From positions 19,468,001 through 19,532,000 of the forward strand of contig JBHGNT010000009.1 of NCBI GenBank assembly GCA_043228905.1: a stretch of 64,000 nt of DNA, in the 5' to 3' direction. The position numbers were made by a program, and so were the translations under genes. Position 1 is the stretch's first letter, and the number at the start of each line of letters is the position of its first letter. Below the pieces are notes generated by a model, which searched no databases, was not told where the DNA came from, and worked only from the letters and a program-made list of their open reading frames with translations. The stretch comes from Azolla caroliniana. Lineage: Eukaryota > Plantae > Polypodiophyta. This document shows positions 24,670 through 38,518 of the stretch, in pieces.

Positions 24670-24965
24670 GGGGTAAACATACCTTTAATCCATTTCTTTC
24701 CTTCAATTGTATGTCTATTTGCTAAATCATTACTATTATCCTTAACATTAATGGAGGTTGTTTGAATTATTAATGAGACCTTTCGTAGCTTAGGAATGAT
24801 TGATGGTAGACATTGGTGTGGCCTACACACAACCTTGATGAGGACACGTAATTCTAACAAAGATAAAGATGGGCTCTCGATGTTGCTCACTTGCAGATGA
24901 CATAATGGCCATTGAGGAGCTTGCTCGATGATATTAGGGAAACCATGATGGGTACTCGTAAACGA
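24670..24965 (+). pseudogene. Possible highly decayed retrotransposon aspartic protease
   Basis: Fragments INGG..IINE and GACSMILGKP resemble IDGGSGVNIINE..YSILLGRPW; many stops. Confidence 0.25.
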
Positions 24966-27658
24966 AGGAATGGCAAGACCTACATCATGTCTCATTTGTC
25001 TAGTTAGCTTGAGGATGAGAATCAAACCTTGTCTAGTAAGTTGGTAGGATCAATTTTGTAGAATGCATATGCCATGTACATACTATAGAAGTGTAAAACA
25101 ACAATATAAGGATGTTCGCTTATTAGAACATAGTAGGATGGAATATGGAAGTCTAGGAATTACAATAAGGGTTGAAGGGAAATGAGTCTTGTGTAGTCTC
25201 TTCTCTCGGCATTTTACATAATCACAGACATATTATTTGTAAATTCAAAATTCTTATTCTTATGTTAAGATTTTATTTGAGTATTGGCATTTAACTATTT
25301 GATTAATTCAGATATATAATTAAGTAAATCCAACAACAATACATTGGGTGTTTTAATGTTTCTTCTAATCAAAGACCATCTAGCATAAATGTAAAAGCTA
25401 AATGCAAGTATTGAAGAATGTTACAACTCAAAATCCTTCGGTTGCTTAATTATACCTCTAATTCAATCTTTCTCACCTTTCTCTTCTTTAGCCCAACTTT
25501 AGCTAATGGTATTCTTCTACCAAAATATTAATCATCATTTGTTGGTTGGTGGAAATATTGTTAGATGTGGATAGTCATTATTTGATTGGTATTTAACTTT
25601 ATACTATAAAGTTATAGCTAGATAGTTCAACCGTTAAACTGTTAAACTGATATTTATTTAAAACTATTGGAAATAATAAACACATGGAACTTAAGAGGTT
25701 TTACAAACCTAAGGTCATTAATTTTACAGCCAAACTAATGTTTCTCTAAAGTAACCACTAGCTTATTTGAAAATAGACGTGACTAGTACTTCTATAACTT
25801 TAATGCAATGATCGTGGATTTCCCTTGAGAGGATGATATATTGATGTAAGCCCGGATGAGGGGGAACATGGCCCATGAGACATTGCTCATTACAAAACAT
25901 TGTCCTTATCCTTATAGGTGGGAGCATTAGAGAGACAAAGAGAAGGTGGGAAAGGTAATGACATGGATACATTATCGTCCTCATAAGGCCAATAAAGTAA
26001 ATGCATCCTATTCAAATATGTTTTTACTACGATGGCTACCTTTGTTATATGGTGGAACTTGGAGTTAAGATCACTATGGTTAGAAAGTAGGAAAATATTG
26101 AGGTGAGATGCATATCATATCTAGAAACACCTTTACCACATTTACGATAGCGTGTTCGACAACGTATATATTGTGCAATGTTGGGGATGTTGAGTTTGCA
26201 ATAAATATAAAAATAATTTGAGGTACTAGATGCGTATTAAATGCAAGAATACCTTTACCACAAGTGCTATGAGCATCAAAGAGCAAGAGATAGGACATAC
26301 ATTAGTTATTTACATACCATGTCAGCATCAAAGAGATATATTACTTGTGGAAAAACTTTTATGACAATTGATATGATCATCAAGCCACCAATGAGCTGGA
26401 GTGTATATAGAGTGTGTCAACCATAGAAAGCTCTTTACCATATTGGTATGAACACAAAACACTGTTTAGCTAGCTTGTGTATGGAATGAGAAAATTAGAG
26501 CGATTATGCCTATTAAATTTTGTGTGTGTGTGTGTGTGTGTGTGTATACATGTATGTATGCCGATACAATTTATATCAATAACCTTACACGTGTATTGCA
26601 AAGCAAGTTTCCATATTTGACATGACACTTCACTAAGGTGGAAAAGAACACAAATGAACAAAGTTATGGTAACCTCGACTCTCATAAGTAAAACCTTATT
26701 GCTAAAAATTATATATGACTCATATGTACATGAAAAAATGTCCATTATGATCTTGTTCTTGTATATACCTATCAATCCATTTATCTAAGATCTATAACAA
26801 AGAGCATGGATTAGGTTTTGTGAATTATATTGAGTAATACACACTTCAATATTGCAAGAACTCATTTAAGATGTCTCCTAAGGAATAACAACATCACCAC
26901 TACACTAGCAAAACCATTTTTATCCGAAATATTAACAAGACCTTTTAATACATTCTTCCGTCTTGAAGGTGTTTGTATTCAACTAAGCTAGTGATACTCT
27001 CTTTTTCTGGCAACAGTAGATATAAATAGTTTCCTTTTGAGCCTCAACTATCGTATACGAATGTCCAATTCAAAAGCTAAGATTCTTGGAAACATCTAAC
27101 TATTCTATTTTGACTATTGTCATGGAGATTCCTTCTTTGATGGACACTTTTATTTAAAAGAAAATTAAATTTCATGAAATTATACGTTGTGTGTTGTTAC
27201 TAAGGTCAATAACTAACTTTGGAGAGAATAACAAGCTCCACCAGAAATATGTGTTAAATTAAGCTTATGTTTTAAAGTAGTTATTGACAAAGACGGAGCT
27301 ACAAAGATTGGATGTCGTCGAACCATATGACATATAAGAAAGGAAAAGCTCAAAATAGAGGAAATCACTTTTCCACACTCGGTACATATTCATGTAGTGC
27401 AAAAGTAAAAAAACAAAAAAACAAGTGCATGTATTTAAGCTAGCATTGAGCACACTTTGAGTGTGGCAAAAAAACAAAAAACAAAAAAGTGCATGTATTT
27501 AAGCTACCATTGAGCACACTTTGAGTGTTTCTAGGCCAGGAGTTATTCACTTTTTCCACCCTCTTAATTCCATGTGTGAACATTCGACTTGGAGTCCTTA
27601 TTCCTCAAGTGAACGTGAAAAGCAAATTGTGATGCCATTCATGTCGAACCAACTATAC

Positions 27659-27838
27659 AAAAGCTCTTAAATTTCGGGTTTCTACTAACATCTACTATTT
27701 GGGTGCATGGTCCCTTTTAAAAGCTCTTATATTCTTGGGTCTCGACTAACATCCACTGTTTGGGTGCATTGTCTTTTTGATATAAAAGCTCTTAAATTCT
27801 TGGGTCTCTACTAACATCCACTGTTTGGGTGCATTGTG
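27659..27838. repeat. Three ~60-bp tandem repeats
   Basis: AAAAGCTCTTA.ATT..GGGT.TC.ACTAACATC.ACT.TTTGGGTGCAT occurs three times. Confidence 0.8.
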
Positions 27839-28567
27839 CCTTTAAGCATTGGACATTTGGATGCATGTGAAGAGAAATATCATCAAATATATCATATCCC
27901 TTTCAAGGTGTGATTATATCAAAGCTTTTGCAACATCTTTGTTATATATACATATATATATATATATATATTTTCCAGCTAGTAAAGGCTAACAAACTTT
28001 GTCATTCTTTCTTTATTGCAATGAATACAATACCCTCGGGAGGGGAGAGATAGATAGACTTTATTATCATCTTGCGGATGTCAAAGAAAGGGAGATGATG
28101 ATGACGATGTCCACAAGGCACAGTGGAAGGGGGATGGGGGGGCATTGGAAAAACCATGTACAACTAGCTATTGGGAAAACACCAAGGAAAGAAGACCACA
28201 AAGGCCTCGGATAAAATGTTGAACCCCATTTGCATGATTGGGGATGTAAGCAATGAGGCGAAGCAAAATAAACCATATACAACTATTGGGAGAACACCGA
28301 CAAAAAGAACCTCGGATAAAATGCCGAAAGCCATCTGCGTGATGGAGACGTAGGCAACAAGGTAGAGCTATGTGTGCGCACATCGATGCATGGTATACAC
28401 TTTTAGTGTCGATTCGTGCACTTGCAGTAAGGAGGATTAATGCGAGAGTGCATAGGGTCTTCCTTTTTCCCGACAACTTGAGTTGTGTTGGGGGGGGGGG
28501 GGGGGGGGGGGGGTGGGATATTGAGGTCAGGGTCTCCATTCCGATCGATGGAACATTGGATTGATGT

Positions 28568-28815
28568 GGCCGATATACAAAAAGGACGAAACCCCGATTG
28601 GGAATATGAGGGGTTCACACACTGGGTATGTCGGCCGATATGAAAGGTACAAAACCCGAATGGAAATAATTCTGACGTGTTCGCACTGCGTATCGCGGCC
28701 GATACAAACGTATGAAACCTGGAGTGGGAAATAATTCTGATGTGTTCACACTCCGTACCGCGGCCGATACAAACGTCGGATGGGAAATAATCTTGATGAG
28801 TTCACACTTGGGTAC
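28568..28815. repeat. About four ~65-bp tandem repeats downstream of KCS, next to a poly-G run (~28489-28513)
   Basis: GGCCGATA..AAA..GGAAATAAT..GTTCACACT units at 28568, 28633, 28697 and 28762. Confidence 0.7.
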
Positions 28816-29170
28816 GTAACTACACACTTACGCAAATAACACAAAAATCTTCTTGTTCCGGGGAGGGGAAGGAGCCGGGGGGGAGGGGTACATGTACAAT
28901 TATCCAAATGTTTTCTTCCTCTATATTATTATTACTTTCTTGTTATGTTTGAAAAAATAATAATGGGAAGAAGATGTATTTGATTTTTTTTTTGGGGGGG
29001 GGGGGGGGGATGGATTAATAAAAAAATGGGGAAATAGAAGTTAGAAGAAGCAGGAGGGGAATGGATTTATAAAAATGGGGGTAAATAAAAATTTAGGGAA
29101 GAATTAATAGAAATAAATAAATAAAAGAAAATAAGTGAAAGAAAAAAAAAACGAAGGGGGGGGGGGGGTC

Positions 29171-30943
29171 TTAAGCGTAGACGATGACGTTATCAACCAT
29201 TTCGTTGGTGTCCCCGGCGGCGGATTTGACGGCGGGGTTAACGGCGGAGTTGGCGGCGTTTCCGGCGGCGGCGTTGGTGAAATCATCGACGGCGGGGATG
29301 TGGACGGGGAAGCGGTGGATGAAGGATGACCAGCAGTTAGAGACGGAGGCGGGCGGCTGGTGGCGGAGCGCCCGCCAGACGGCGCTGTTACACTTAAAGC
29401 CGGAGCCGAAGCCGATCTGCCAGATGCGGTCGCCGCGCTTGATCCTCCCTTTCGCCTCCAGATACGCCAGCTCGTAGTAGATGGTGCTGGACGACGTGTT
29501 CCCGAAGCGGTAGAGCGTCATGCGGTTCGGCTCCATCTGCCGCTCCGACAGCTGCAGAGCCTCCTCCACGCGGTCCAGAACCGCCCGGCCGCCGGCGTGG
29601 ATGCAGAAGTGCTCGAACGCCTTCTTGAAGTCCGGCGAGTAGGGCTTGGCGCCGGGGGGGCTGAGCCGGAGGACGCGGCGCGCCAGGAAGGACCAGGCGA
29701 AGCGGGCCTGCTCCGAGTAGGGCAGCACCAGCGGGCCCAGCGACGTAATGTTGGTACGGAGCGCGCCCGCCGCCACGCTCATGAGCTCCTTGGAGAGGAC
29801 CACGCCCAGCAGGCCGTTGGGGTCGTCCTCTTGCTGCACGCAGAAGTAGCCCTTATCCTCCGCCGCCTTGTTGGTCCGCACCGTGTGGAGCAGCTCGTAC
29901 TTGGCCCGCCGCCGCTCCGCCGCCCGGTTGGTGAGCAGCATCGCCGCCCCGCCCATCCGGAAGAGGCAGTTGGAGACCAGCAGGTTCTTCTCGTTCCCCC
30001 TGTACCAGTTGAGCGTTATGTTCTCGGTGCTGAAGGCCAGCGCGTAGGAGTTTGGACGCAGCCACATGAGGCGCTTGGCCAAGTCCCAGGAGATCACGCC
30101 CGCGGAGCAGCCCATCCCCGCCAGGTTGTAGGCCACCACGTCTTCCCTCATCTTGTAGCGGTTTATGATGGCCGCCGTCAGAGACGGCGCCGGGCAGAAG
30201 GCGCTGCAGTTGAGCACCAGGATGCTTATGTCGCCTGGCGACACCCCAGTCTTGGCGAACAGCTCGTCTATGGAGCCGAACGCCACCACCTCCGCCTCCC
30301 GCCTGGCCTCGTCCAGGCATGGGTTCGGCGGCAGCCTGGTCACCGCCGGCGGGAAGTAGGTCTCGTGCCCCAGCCCCGACCGCTCCAAGATCTTGCGCTG
30401 GAAATCGATGCTCTCCGTCGTGAACAGCCCGATGAGGCCTGAGTTCTCCAGGAAGTACTGCTTCGACACCTTCCGATCGTCTGCCGGCTTGTAGCACACG
30501 AAATCCACCATGTATATCCGCCGCTTCAGCCTGCGCTGCCGGAGGAATGCCATGGCGGCGATCGCCGCCAGGCAAGCACCTAGAGACGCCACCACGCCAT
30601 GGCCGCTAATCGTCCAATACTGTGACAGGAACGGGGCGGCCATGGAAGAAATCTGGAGCGCAGCTTCGTCCGCCGATTTGGCGAGCGAGAGGAGGAGGCG
30701 GGCGGCGGAGGCGGCGGCAGCGGCGGAGGAGGAGGAGAGAAGGGCTGGGAATAGGAGGAGGAGGAGGAGAGGGAAGATTGTGTACAAGAAGACTGTGGAG
30801 AAGAGGGCGCCATATCTGAGCTTCATGTCCGAGGTGGCGGTAATGCGGTGTCCGGAGACGATGTCCGCCTCCCGGGCCGCCGGCGGAGACTTGGGGTGGG
30901 GAATCTCAGCCACTGCTTGATCTCCCATTCTAGTTTTTAACAT
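29171..30943 (-). CDS. KCS: 3-ketoacyl-CoA synthase (FAE1/CUT1-type very-long-chain fatty acid condensing enzyme), intronless
   Basis: 590-aa ORF with two N-terminal hydrophobic segments, IYMVDFVCYKP and LERSGLGHETY. Catalytic Cys in GMGCSAG, His in FEHFCIHAGGRAV and Asn in RFGNTSSS, plus WQIGFGSGFKCNSAVW. The exact start Met is uncertain (30943 or a downstream Met). Confidence 0.96.
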   Translation of the reverse strand: MLKTRMGDQAVAEIPHPKSPPAAREADIVSGHRITATSDMKLRYGALFSTVFLYTIFPLLLLLLFPALLSSSSAAAAASAARLLLSLAKSADEAALQISSMAAPFLSQYWTISGHGVVASLGACLAAIAAMAFLRQRRLKRRIYMVDFVCYKPADDRKVSKQYFLENSGLIGLFTTESIDFQRKILERSGLGHETYFPPAVTRLPPNPCLDEARREAEVVAFGSIDELFAKTGVSPGDISILVLNCSAFCPAPSLTAAIINRYKMREDVVAYNLAGMGCSAGVISWDLAKRLMWLRPNSYALAFSTENITLNWYRGNEKNLLVSNCLFRMGGAAMLLTNRAAERRRAKYELLHTVRTNKAAEDKGYFCVQQEDDPNGLLGVVLSKELMSVAAGALRTNITSLGPLVLPYSEQARFAWSFLARRVLRLSPPGAKPYSPDFKKAFEHFCIHAGGRAVLDRVEEALQLSERQMEPNRMTLYRFGNTSSSTIYYELAYLEAKGRIKRGDRIWQIGFGSGFKCNSAVWRALRHQPPASVSNCWSSFIHRFPVHIPAVDDFTNAAAGNAANSAVNPAVKSAAGDTNEMVDNVIVYA

Positions 30944-31354
30944 TTAAACACATTAACCTCTTTTTTTGAGTGATCTACTATTTGTATGTATTTATTTATA
31001 AGGATGGAAAGAAAGGAAAATGGATGGATTTGGATGGATTGGATGGTTGGAACTTGGGGTAGAGAAGGAAGGAGTAATGAAGTGATCACTTAGTTAACAG
31101 AAAACCAATTCAATTCATATCATTCACTGTTTGAAGAAAAGAAAAGAAAAGAGGAAACCAAAAAATAAAACTCCCAAAACAAAACCAGCATAAGCTTTAT
31201 AGAATACAAAATGGATTGGGGTGGGGTGTGGGGGGGGGGTCTGGGGGCACTGGGGGGACTCCTTTTGTTTTATACATGGAAGGGATTTCTTAAGCCAAAA
31301 TCATTAAGTGTTTGTTTGTTATTTCTTTTTTCATAACTCTCTTTTTTATATACA

Positions 31355-31401
31355 TGTGTATAGTGTATGGTGTATGTGTATTGTGTATTGTGTATGTCTA
31401 T

Positions 31402-31438
<37 letters not shown>

Positions 31439-31484
31439 TATGTGTATTGTGTATGTGTATGTGTATTATGTGTATTATGTGTAT

Positions 31485-31552
<68 letters not shown>

Positions 31553-31608
31553 TGTGTATGTGTATTGTGTATTATGTGTATTATGTGTATTATGTGTATT
31601 GTGTGTAT

Positions 31609-31645
<37 letters not shown>

Positions 31646-31661
31646 TGTGTATTGTGTATGT
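31355..31661. repeat. Compound microsatellite (TGTATG / TGTAT / TGTATTATG) upstream of KCS
   Basis: Read directly; it explains the low-complexity ORFs at 31308-31770. Confidence 0.95.
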
Positions 31662-34600
31662 GCTTTAAGGAATGCCATAAGATGTTATGATTGATTGATT
31701 GATTGCATGTAATGTAATGTATGTATGTATGTGTATAGCATTTGTGGCAATGTGTTTTTTTAGCTTCCACAACGCTGCTTTGGTGAGGTGGGTATCATTG
31801 CATTAAGTTCTCTCTATCCCTCCCCTTTATTGTGCTAACAAACCTCTCCAATAAGTGAGGCCTTTTTATACCTAACACGTTCCTACCATCCTACTCATTC
31901 ACAAGCACCCACCCACACACACACTCACCATACATACATACATACATACATACATATCTTGAACCCCCCTCCGGTCACGTCACTTGAGAGTCAACCTCTT
32001 TCGTCACTTTTTCGAAACTTCAAGCCCACTCAGGAGTGTGTGTGTGACAGTGTGTATGTTTTATGATTGTGTGCAAAAAGTGTCCATCATAGGCATGGCA
32101 GCTCAATGTCAAAAAAACACATACATCAATTCAGTTTGTCCCCATGTGTCGCCCTTTTCACCTACGTAATGTGTAGAAAATATTGTTTGGAAGCCCATTG
32201 CGTGGGCTCTGCAAAAAGAGCTAATGCTTGCCTGAATAAATAAGGTTTTCTAGGTGGGTCATGGCAATTGCATACACTTTGGCAATATTATGTGGCATCC
32301 TCCTTAAGAAGAACCTTTCCGGTCTCGATGTCTTTGTTTTGATGTTGTAGAGAAAAGATGTGGGGGGACATTGATAACATCAGAGGATAAAATTGTTGCT
32401 TTGCATCCTACGAAGTCTAAAGGCTAATTCTATTGAAAGAGGGGTTGGGTTTACAAATGTTGGATGTTATGCTGCTAGGAATTTCTTGGGTAGTATTGCA
32501 TAGTGTAGCCCCATAATAGTAACTATCCAAGAATGTAGAGGATATTTGATGTCGTTAAAAGAGTTGAGGGATGAGGACCCCCTTTTTTAATATATCACAA
32601 TGGCCCATACACATACAAGTTCCCTCGGGTCTTTTTACCACGAGTACAATAGAGTATTATTTTCACAAGAATGCTACAAATATATTAAATCATTGTATGA
32701 TGTGATTTGTACAAATATATTAAATTGTTACTTTTATACACATGTACAATTCCATATATATTAATCCTTCATTCAAACCTTGAAGCAGTAGGGACTTTTG
32801 ATTTATAAAGATTAAAGCTACCCCACGATTGGCAGGGAGAGTAAAATGATGTTGTGGATGACCCAACATAAAGAGAGTTAATTTCTGCCAATCTAAACAA
32901 GGGGATCAATGAATTCAATGTTTAGTTAGCTATACATGTTTAGTTAGCTAGTAGAACAAAAGGATCTACTAATCCAACCTTGGATGGGAAAATGAATCAA
33001 CATGCTTTCATTTTATGTAAAACCATTATATATATGGTTGACATGAATCCAATTTTTGGTTGTCTTGATGATTAAAAAGATCAAACAAACATTTCAAACC
33101 CTAAAACAATACTTGGGTCGTTCATCTACTTGGCCTCTTATGTCTTGCTTGCATAAACATGATTCTAGTAACAATACATATCTTGTTGTTGACTAAACCT
33201 ATCATGCCTTTAAAGCTTATTGTATGCGGTCCAAAAATGCTTAATTTCGTATGTAAAAAAACCAATCCACATGCCATAGCACAGTGGCATTGTGATGATA
33301 CTTTAGTCATGCAAAGCTATGCGATACGTACAAATATTCATTTCACACAACCCACAGTTGTGCATCCATGTTTCTCCTTGGCATATTTTGATGTTCTCGA
33401 TGTTTTTCTTTTGTAGCATCTTTAATTATTAACCAGAATGAGTTTTTTTAGATATAATGAATTCTCCTTTTTCCCTTGTCCTCCTTTACTCCACTTTGCA
33501 ATTTAGATGTTGATTTTAATTCAATTCCACCTCCTTTACTAGAGAATATGTCTTCTACATTCTTTCATAGATCTAGATCTCATGTGCATTTGATACCAGC
33601 ATATATAAAGTAGTTAACTGATGACAAAAAATATGACATAGAAATTCAAGCATAAGCATCACAAATACTTGATGTTTGCTCATTTACCACCCATGATTCT
33701 TGGACTAGAATTGGAGTATGTGAATTAGATTCCTTCGGACTTCCATTGATATTTCCAAACTTGGCCTACCATAAGATTATTTTCAATTTAACTAACCATT
33801 TTCCATGACATTGACATGAGCATCATATACATTGATTATATATGTAACACATGCATTTGCTAGCTGATCACCATGATTTTGACTCATATAATTGTGTAGA
33901 ACGTTTCGCCAATTTTCTTCACACAAACAATCATTGTGATCATGGTTTCCCTTGGTTTGCAATCATACATCCCGTTATATTAACTATTATGAATAGAATA
34001 CTAAGACAAGCAATGATACTCATATTAAGAAAATAATTGTGTAAGGTTTCTCAAACATATCGATTACCCTTGACCAAAGGACAAGAGACAAACATAAAAT
34101 ACCATTAATGTCCCATGCCACCAATGATTACCTTACGTTATACATGGGATGTTGATACAAACACGGCCATAGAGTTTCAACAACGTCCCAAGATGTCGTA
34201 ATGAAGGGGGTAATTAATCCCTTCATATAGCCCCACACCTAATGCTCCCACTCCACCATGTTTTCATAGGTCCTATGGGTTTGCCCCAAGTCCCAAGATA
34301 ATTAGTTTGCAAACTATCTTGCCCTTAAACCATTAGAATTGGCTTTAATATGGGCCCTTAAGGTTTTGCCAATAACATACTCCTAGTTTCCCAAAATGTT
34401 GAACTCTATGACAAATTGAAATTAGAGAAGTTAAATTTGGCATCGACTTTAGCCTTGCAAGATGCAACACTTAATGAATGCAAAAATGAATGAATCTTTA
34501 ACTATGCACAAGAAATGTAAGAATATAATAGCAAACTTGAAGGGGGAAACCAAATATGAGTGTTGAATTGAAATGATTTTACAAAATTAGAACTTCCGTC

Positions 34601-36270
34601 TACCGGGATTTGCATGCTCTCCACCTAGTCATAATGTACGATTGCCATTAGGCTAATGTATATGTTCGCTACTTGGCTATCATGCATAATGCTACAAAAA
34701 TTATAACATAGATAAGTCTCCCCATTAGTTGACTTCGTATTCCCAATATGAACTAGCATTATGAAGAATCCAATCAATCATTTTCAACCATTTACGAAGT
34801 GATAACAATAAAATGAGCATACTCTTGGCCTTTAGGTTAGATTCAACTTTACAACAACAACAATAACAAAAGTAGTCCTTAGAATGTGGGATTGTACATA
34901 GATATGAAATGTATTATTATTCTTAAAAGACTTGAAAGGTGGATTTTCTAGCCCGATATATTTCAACTACCTAATTGTGTGGGTTAAAACAAGACATTGT
35001 GAAAATTTTGGATAATGCTAATCTTGTGCTGCGGGGGGGACATCGATAACAAAGATACGTTTCATCTTCAACAATCCACCCAAACACGTGTGCTTCTTTT
35101 TTGCCGCTAAATGAGTGTAAATGAAACCTTAAATTGCCAGATCGATCGAGGATGCTTTTGTGTCTATAGAAACATTACTTTTTCTTCCCCAATTTAATTG
35201 ATGTTACAATTGGTGTGCCTTTCTACCATCGGATGGCTATGAATGGAGTCTTTACTATGTTAGATGGGTGATCAATGTTTTTTGGATCAATCAACATAAA
35301 AAGTTACTTTTTCTTCTAGCCAACAATGTGTCATAACATATGGATTCCTTTTTACTATTTGAATGGCAATGAACCCAGTGTAACCGTAAGCTTAAGCTAG
35401 GGGCCCATAATGTTTTTGTGGACCCATCAAGAAATAGAATCATTATTATGATCTCAACATCATATCATGGTTTCAAGTTCCTAATTTTACACATCTTTCT
35501 TATTGTTGAATAATGTCTTATGTTTCATGGTCTAACACTAATATTTGCATTGACCAAGTATACAAGCCTCCCTGCGATCGAAGAAGGCACAAGAGGAAAA
35601 GCTAAATAGTCTAAAGTATTGTGGCCACACTAGTGTGAAAAGGGTCAAAATATTGTAAAAGACTATGAAGGTTATTTTTGTGCCTTTTTAGAAAGGGCTT
35701 CCTCATCTTTTCGAGCTTCTCTCTCTCTCTCCACTCACATTTCATGAGATTAGTGTTGAGCACTTTACTCTTAACTCCTCCATGTTCACTCATCATACCG
35801 TCCATGAGTGGTTTGTGATAAATCTCACCACATTCATTCAAGTCATTTAACTACCTCCCTTCAATATTAAACGACTCCGACGCCCACCTACCACCTTGTT
35901 AATATAATGTCCATCATCAATCTACTCACTTTAACCCCATATCCACCCTAATAGTCTCCTCACACCTCTTCCCCCTCCAAAAAAGCTCTAGTCATCCCCT
36001 CACATTGACAATACCTTCCATATCATCCATTCCATTTCCCATTCTTGATGACAACACCATTCCTTCACTCGGCAAATTGGAGCTCACCCAATAACGTCTA
36101 ACCCATCACCAAGAAGTGTGCAATCATTTGGATGGGGGGATGTTAACTATGTGTTGTATGTTTCATGGCCCAACATTGATATTGGCATTGTTACCAAGGA
36201 TGCAAGTCTAGATGCAATAGAAGAAGGAACAAGAGGAAAAGTTATATTTATTGCCTTGTGGCCACCGTAG

Positions 36271-36329
<59 letters not shown>

Positions 36330-36401
36330 GTAGTAAAACGTAATATTAAAAAGGAACTAAAGGATGAAAATATTGTAAACACTACCCTTGAGGAGGAAAA
36401 A

Positions 36402-36788
36402 ATGCGTCAAGCTCGACGCCTAAATGTACGAGTTACTGGGCTCAAGGAAGGGGCATCTCTTGACGAAGATGCACAAACATTAGGGAAAATGTTGGGGTAT
36501 GAAGCCCTACCAATCACTAAAACTTGGAGGGTAGGACGTGACACCACTAGGAAAAGAGCTTTGGTCCTTCAGTTTAAGGACTCAGAATCTAGAATCGCAT
36601 TTTTTAAAAAGAGACCAACTCTTTGAGGATTGGGCGGGGACCCTATCTACCTCAATGAAGACCTGACCAAGATGCAAATTGAGCATCGTAAAACTTGTAT
36701 GCCGCGAGTCATACAAGCTCATAAAGAGGGGCATCGTGCTTTTTACCGAGACGGACGCGTGATAATAAATGATCGCGCCGCCAATTGA
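36402..36788 (+). pseudogene. LINE ORF1 C-terminal part
   Basis: RRLNVRVTGLKE..WRVGRD..RALVLQF..*GLGGDPIYLNEDLT..AFYRDGRVIIN, with one internal TGA at 36624-36626. Confidence 0.7.
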
Positions 36789-36824
36789 CGGAGTGTGGCC
36801 CATGTGATAGACAATAAAGTTAGG

Positions 36825-38179
36825 ATGACTTTATGGAACTGTAACGGTGCACTTTGGACACACCTTGGCCGCTTAGAGGAGATTTTGAAGGTATCTGGCA
36901 TACTTTTTTTAGTAGAAACACATCAGAGCCCAAATTGAGGACTGCCACGAGTTGAGGGTTTTCGTTGGGAATCCGTCTTTAAACAAACCTCAAGTCGACA
37001 TACTACTAGAGGGTATGGAGGGGTTGTGATACTATTTCGGAGAGATATACATAATAGGATAGAAATACTAAAGAAAGACCCAGAAGCCCGTTTTATGTGG
37101 GTGAAAGTCCTCACTAGCAAGGATCAGACGATATTTGTTGTCGTGTGTTACTTCCCCCCGAAAGGATCCCGATATAATATGGCTGGAGAGGCGAGTATAG
37201 TTGATGAAGGAACACCGCATGGGCCTTCTCCAGACGAACCTTTATCGGATGACATAATCCGATATTCTTCTCAAGGGGAAGTCTTCCTTGTAGGAGATTT
37301 CAATGCTAGAACCCAATCCCGGCAATGCACAATATTTCAGATGGATAGAAGCCTCGAAATGGTGAATGTCGACCCTTTAGACTTAGACATAACGCGTACA
37401 TCAAAGGATCAAGGTGCGGACGCCACAAGCTTTGGCCATCATTTGCTTGAACTTAGAAGCCGACACTAGATGATCATATATAATGGCTTAGCCAAGTGGC
37501 CGGGCTCAGAATCGCTCACATGTTTCCCACATGGAGGAGGGGAAAGTATAGTTGATTACCTAATAGGACGCCCTAAAGCTACCCACATGGTTAACTCCTT
37601 CCGGGTGGCTCCATGCCCCATTGGTGCAGACCATAGCTTCCTATACTTTGAGCTAAAATGCGACAGCTCCCACGCCACCAACTCTAGTCAACCAAACCAT
37701 CACACCATAATACATTTCACGCATGAGCTCACTGACATCTACTCTCGACATGCTCAAGCCCATCTCTCCTCTTTTGATTCTTCCTTGCCTTTAGAGAACC
37801 TCACTATAGAACTCACACACACCCTTCCCTTTGCAGCAATTAGTAGTTTTCCATACACGAAACACTCCAATCATAGTAGAATAGGGTCTATGCCACATAA
37901 CAAGTGGTATGATGAGGATTGTAGAGAGTTGTATAGACAACTTAAAGTGTCGCGACTTAGTGGTACTATTTCCTCAGTACAGGCTCGAAAAGAGATGCGC
38001 AAGATGACACGTCGTAAAAGACGAGCTTGGGAAGCATCCCAATATTGGGAACTCTACCATATGCTCATGAGTAGGGATTGCGCCCTTGCATGGAAGAGAC
38101 AACAGGAACCACGACCACAAACACCCATCGAAGATCCCAATATTTGGCACACATATATCGAGAGACTCTACCATGTCCC
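36825..38179 (+). pseudogene. LINE ORF2 5' part: apurinic-type endonuclease
   Basis: WNCNG, LVETH, GGVVILFR, VVCYFPP, LVGDFNART, ESIVDY and GADH motifs; in-frame stops. Confidence 0.88.
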
Positions 38180-38480
38180 TGTTGAGAGATCAAGGTCAAC
38201 TTAGTTTAGTTAGTTAGTCAACTATGTAACTTCGTAGTTACCTAGATAGAATCTAGTTAGAAGTGTTGACTATAATGCCTTAAATAGAATCTTGTACTTA
38301 AGTGGGATATTCTAGATCCTCCACTCCTAAGTACACTTAATATAGGACTTACACTTTTGTACCTATATTATCCTCACACATGTGCACCCTGTTGGAGACG
38401 AGGTCGTCTATGCGGAAGATTAAGAAGCATTCGATTCTGTTCTGTACCTGCGTATGATCGTTTCTGAGGTCGTGCACAGA

Positions 38481-38518
<38 letters not shown>

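Noticed and set aside
29360-30442. 360-aa plus-strand ORF and other ORFs overlapping KCS
   Set aside because: Shadow ORFs expected from high GC at third codon positions; no recognisable motifs.
31308-31770. Cys/Val/Tyr/His-rich ORFs
   Set aside because: Translations of the microsatellite; the same applies at 9886-10214, 14894-15308 and 23703-24134.
33400-34500. Possible ancient retroelement gag/protease remnant upstream of KCS
   Set aside because: Only a weak DILGR-like fragment; no continuous frame or termini.
35520-36277. Two diverged ~120-bp direct repeats (35520-35640 and 36158-36277) as TRIM LTRs
   Set aside because: No TG..CA ends, PBS, PPT or TSD; probably an old local duplication.
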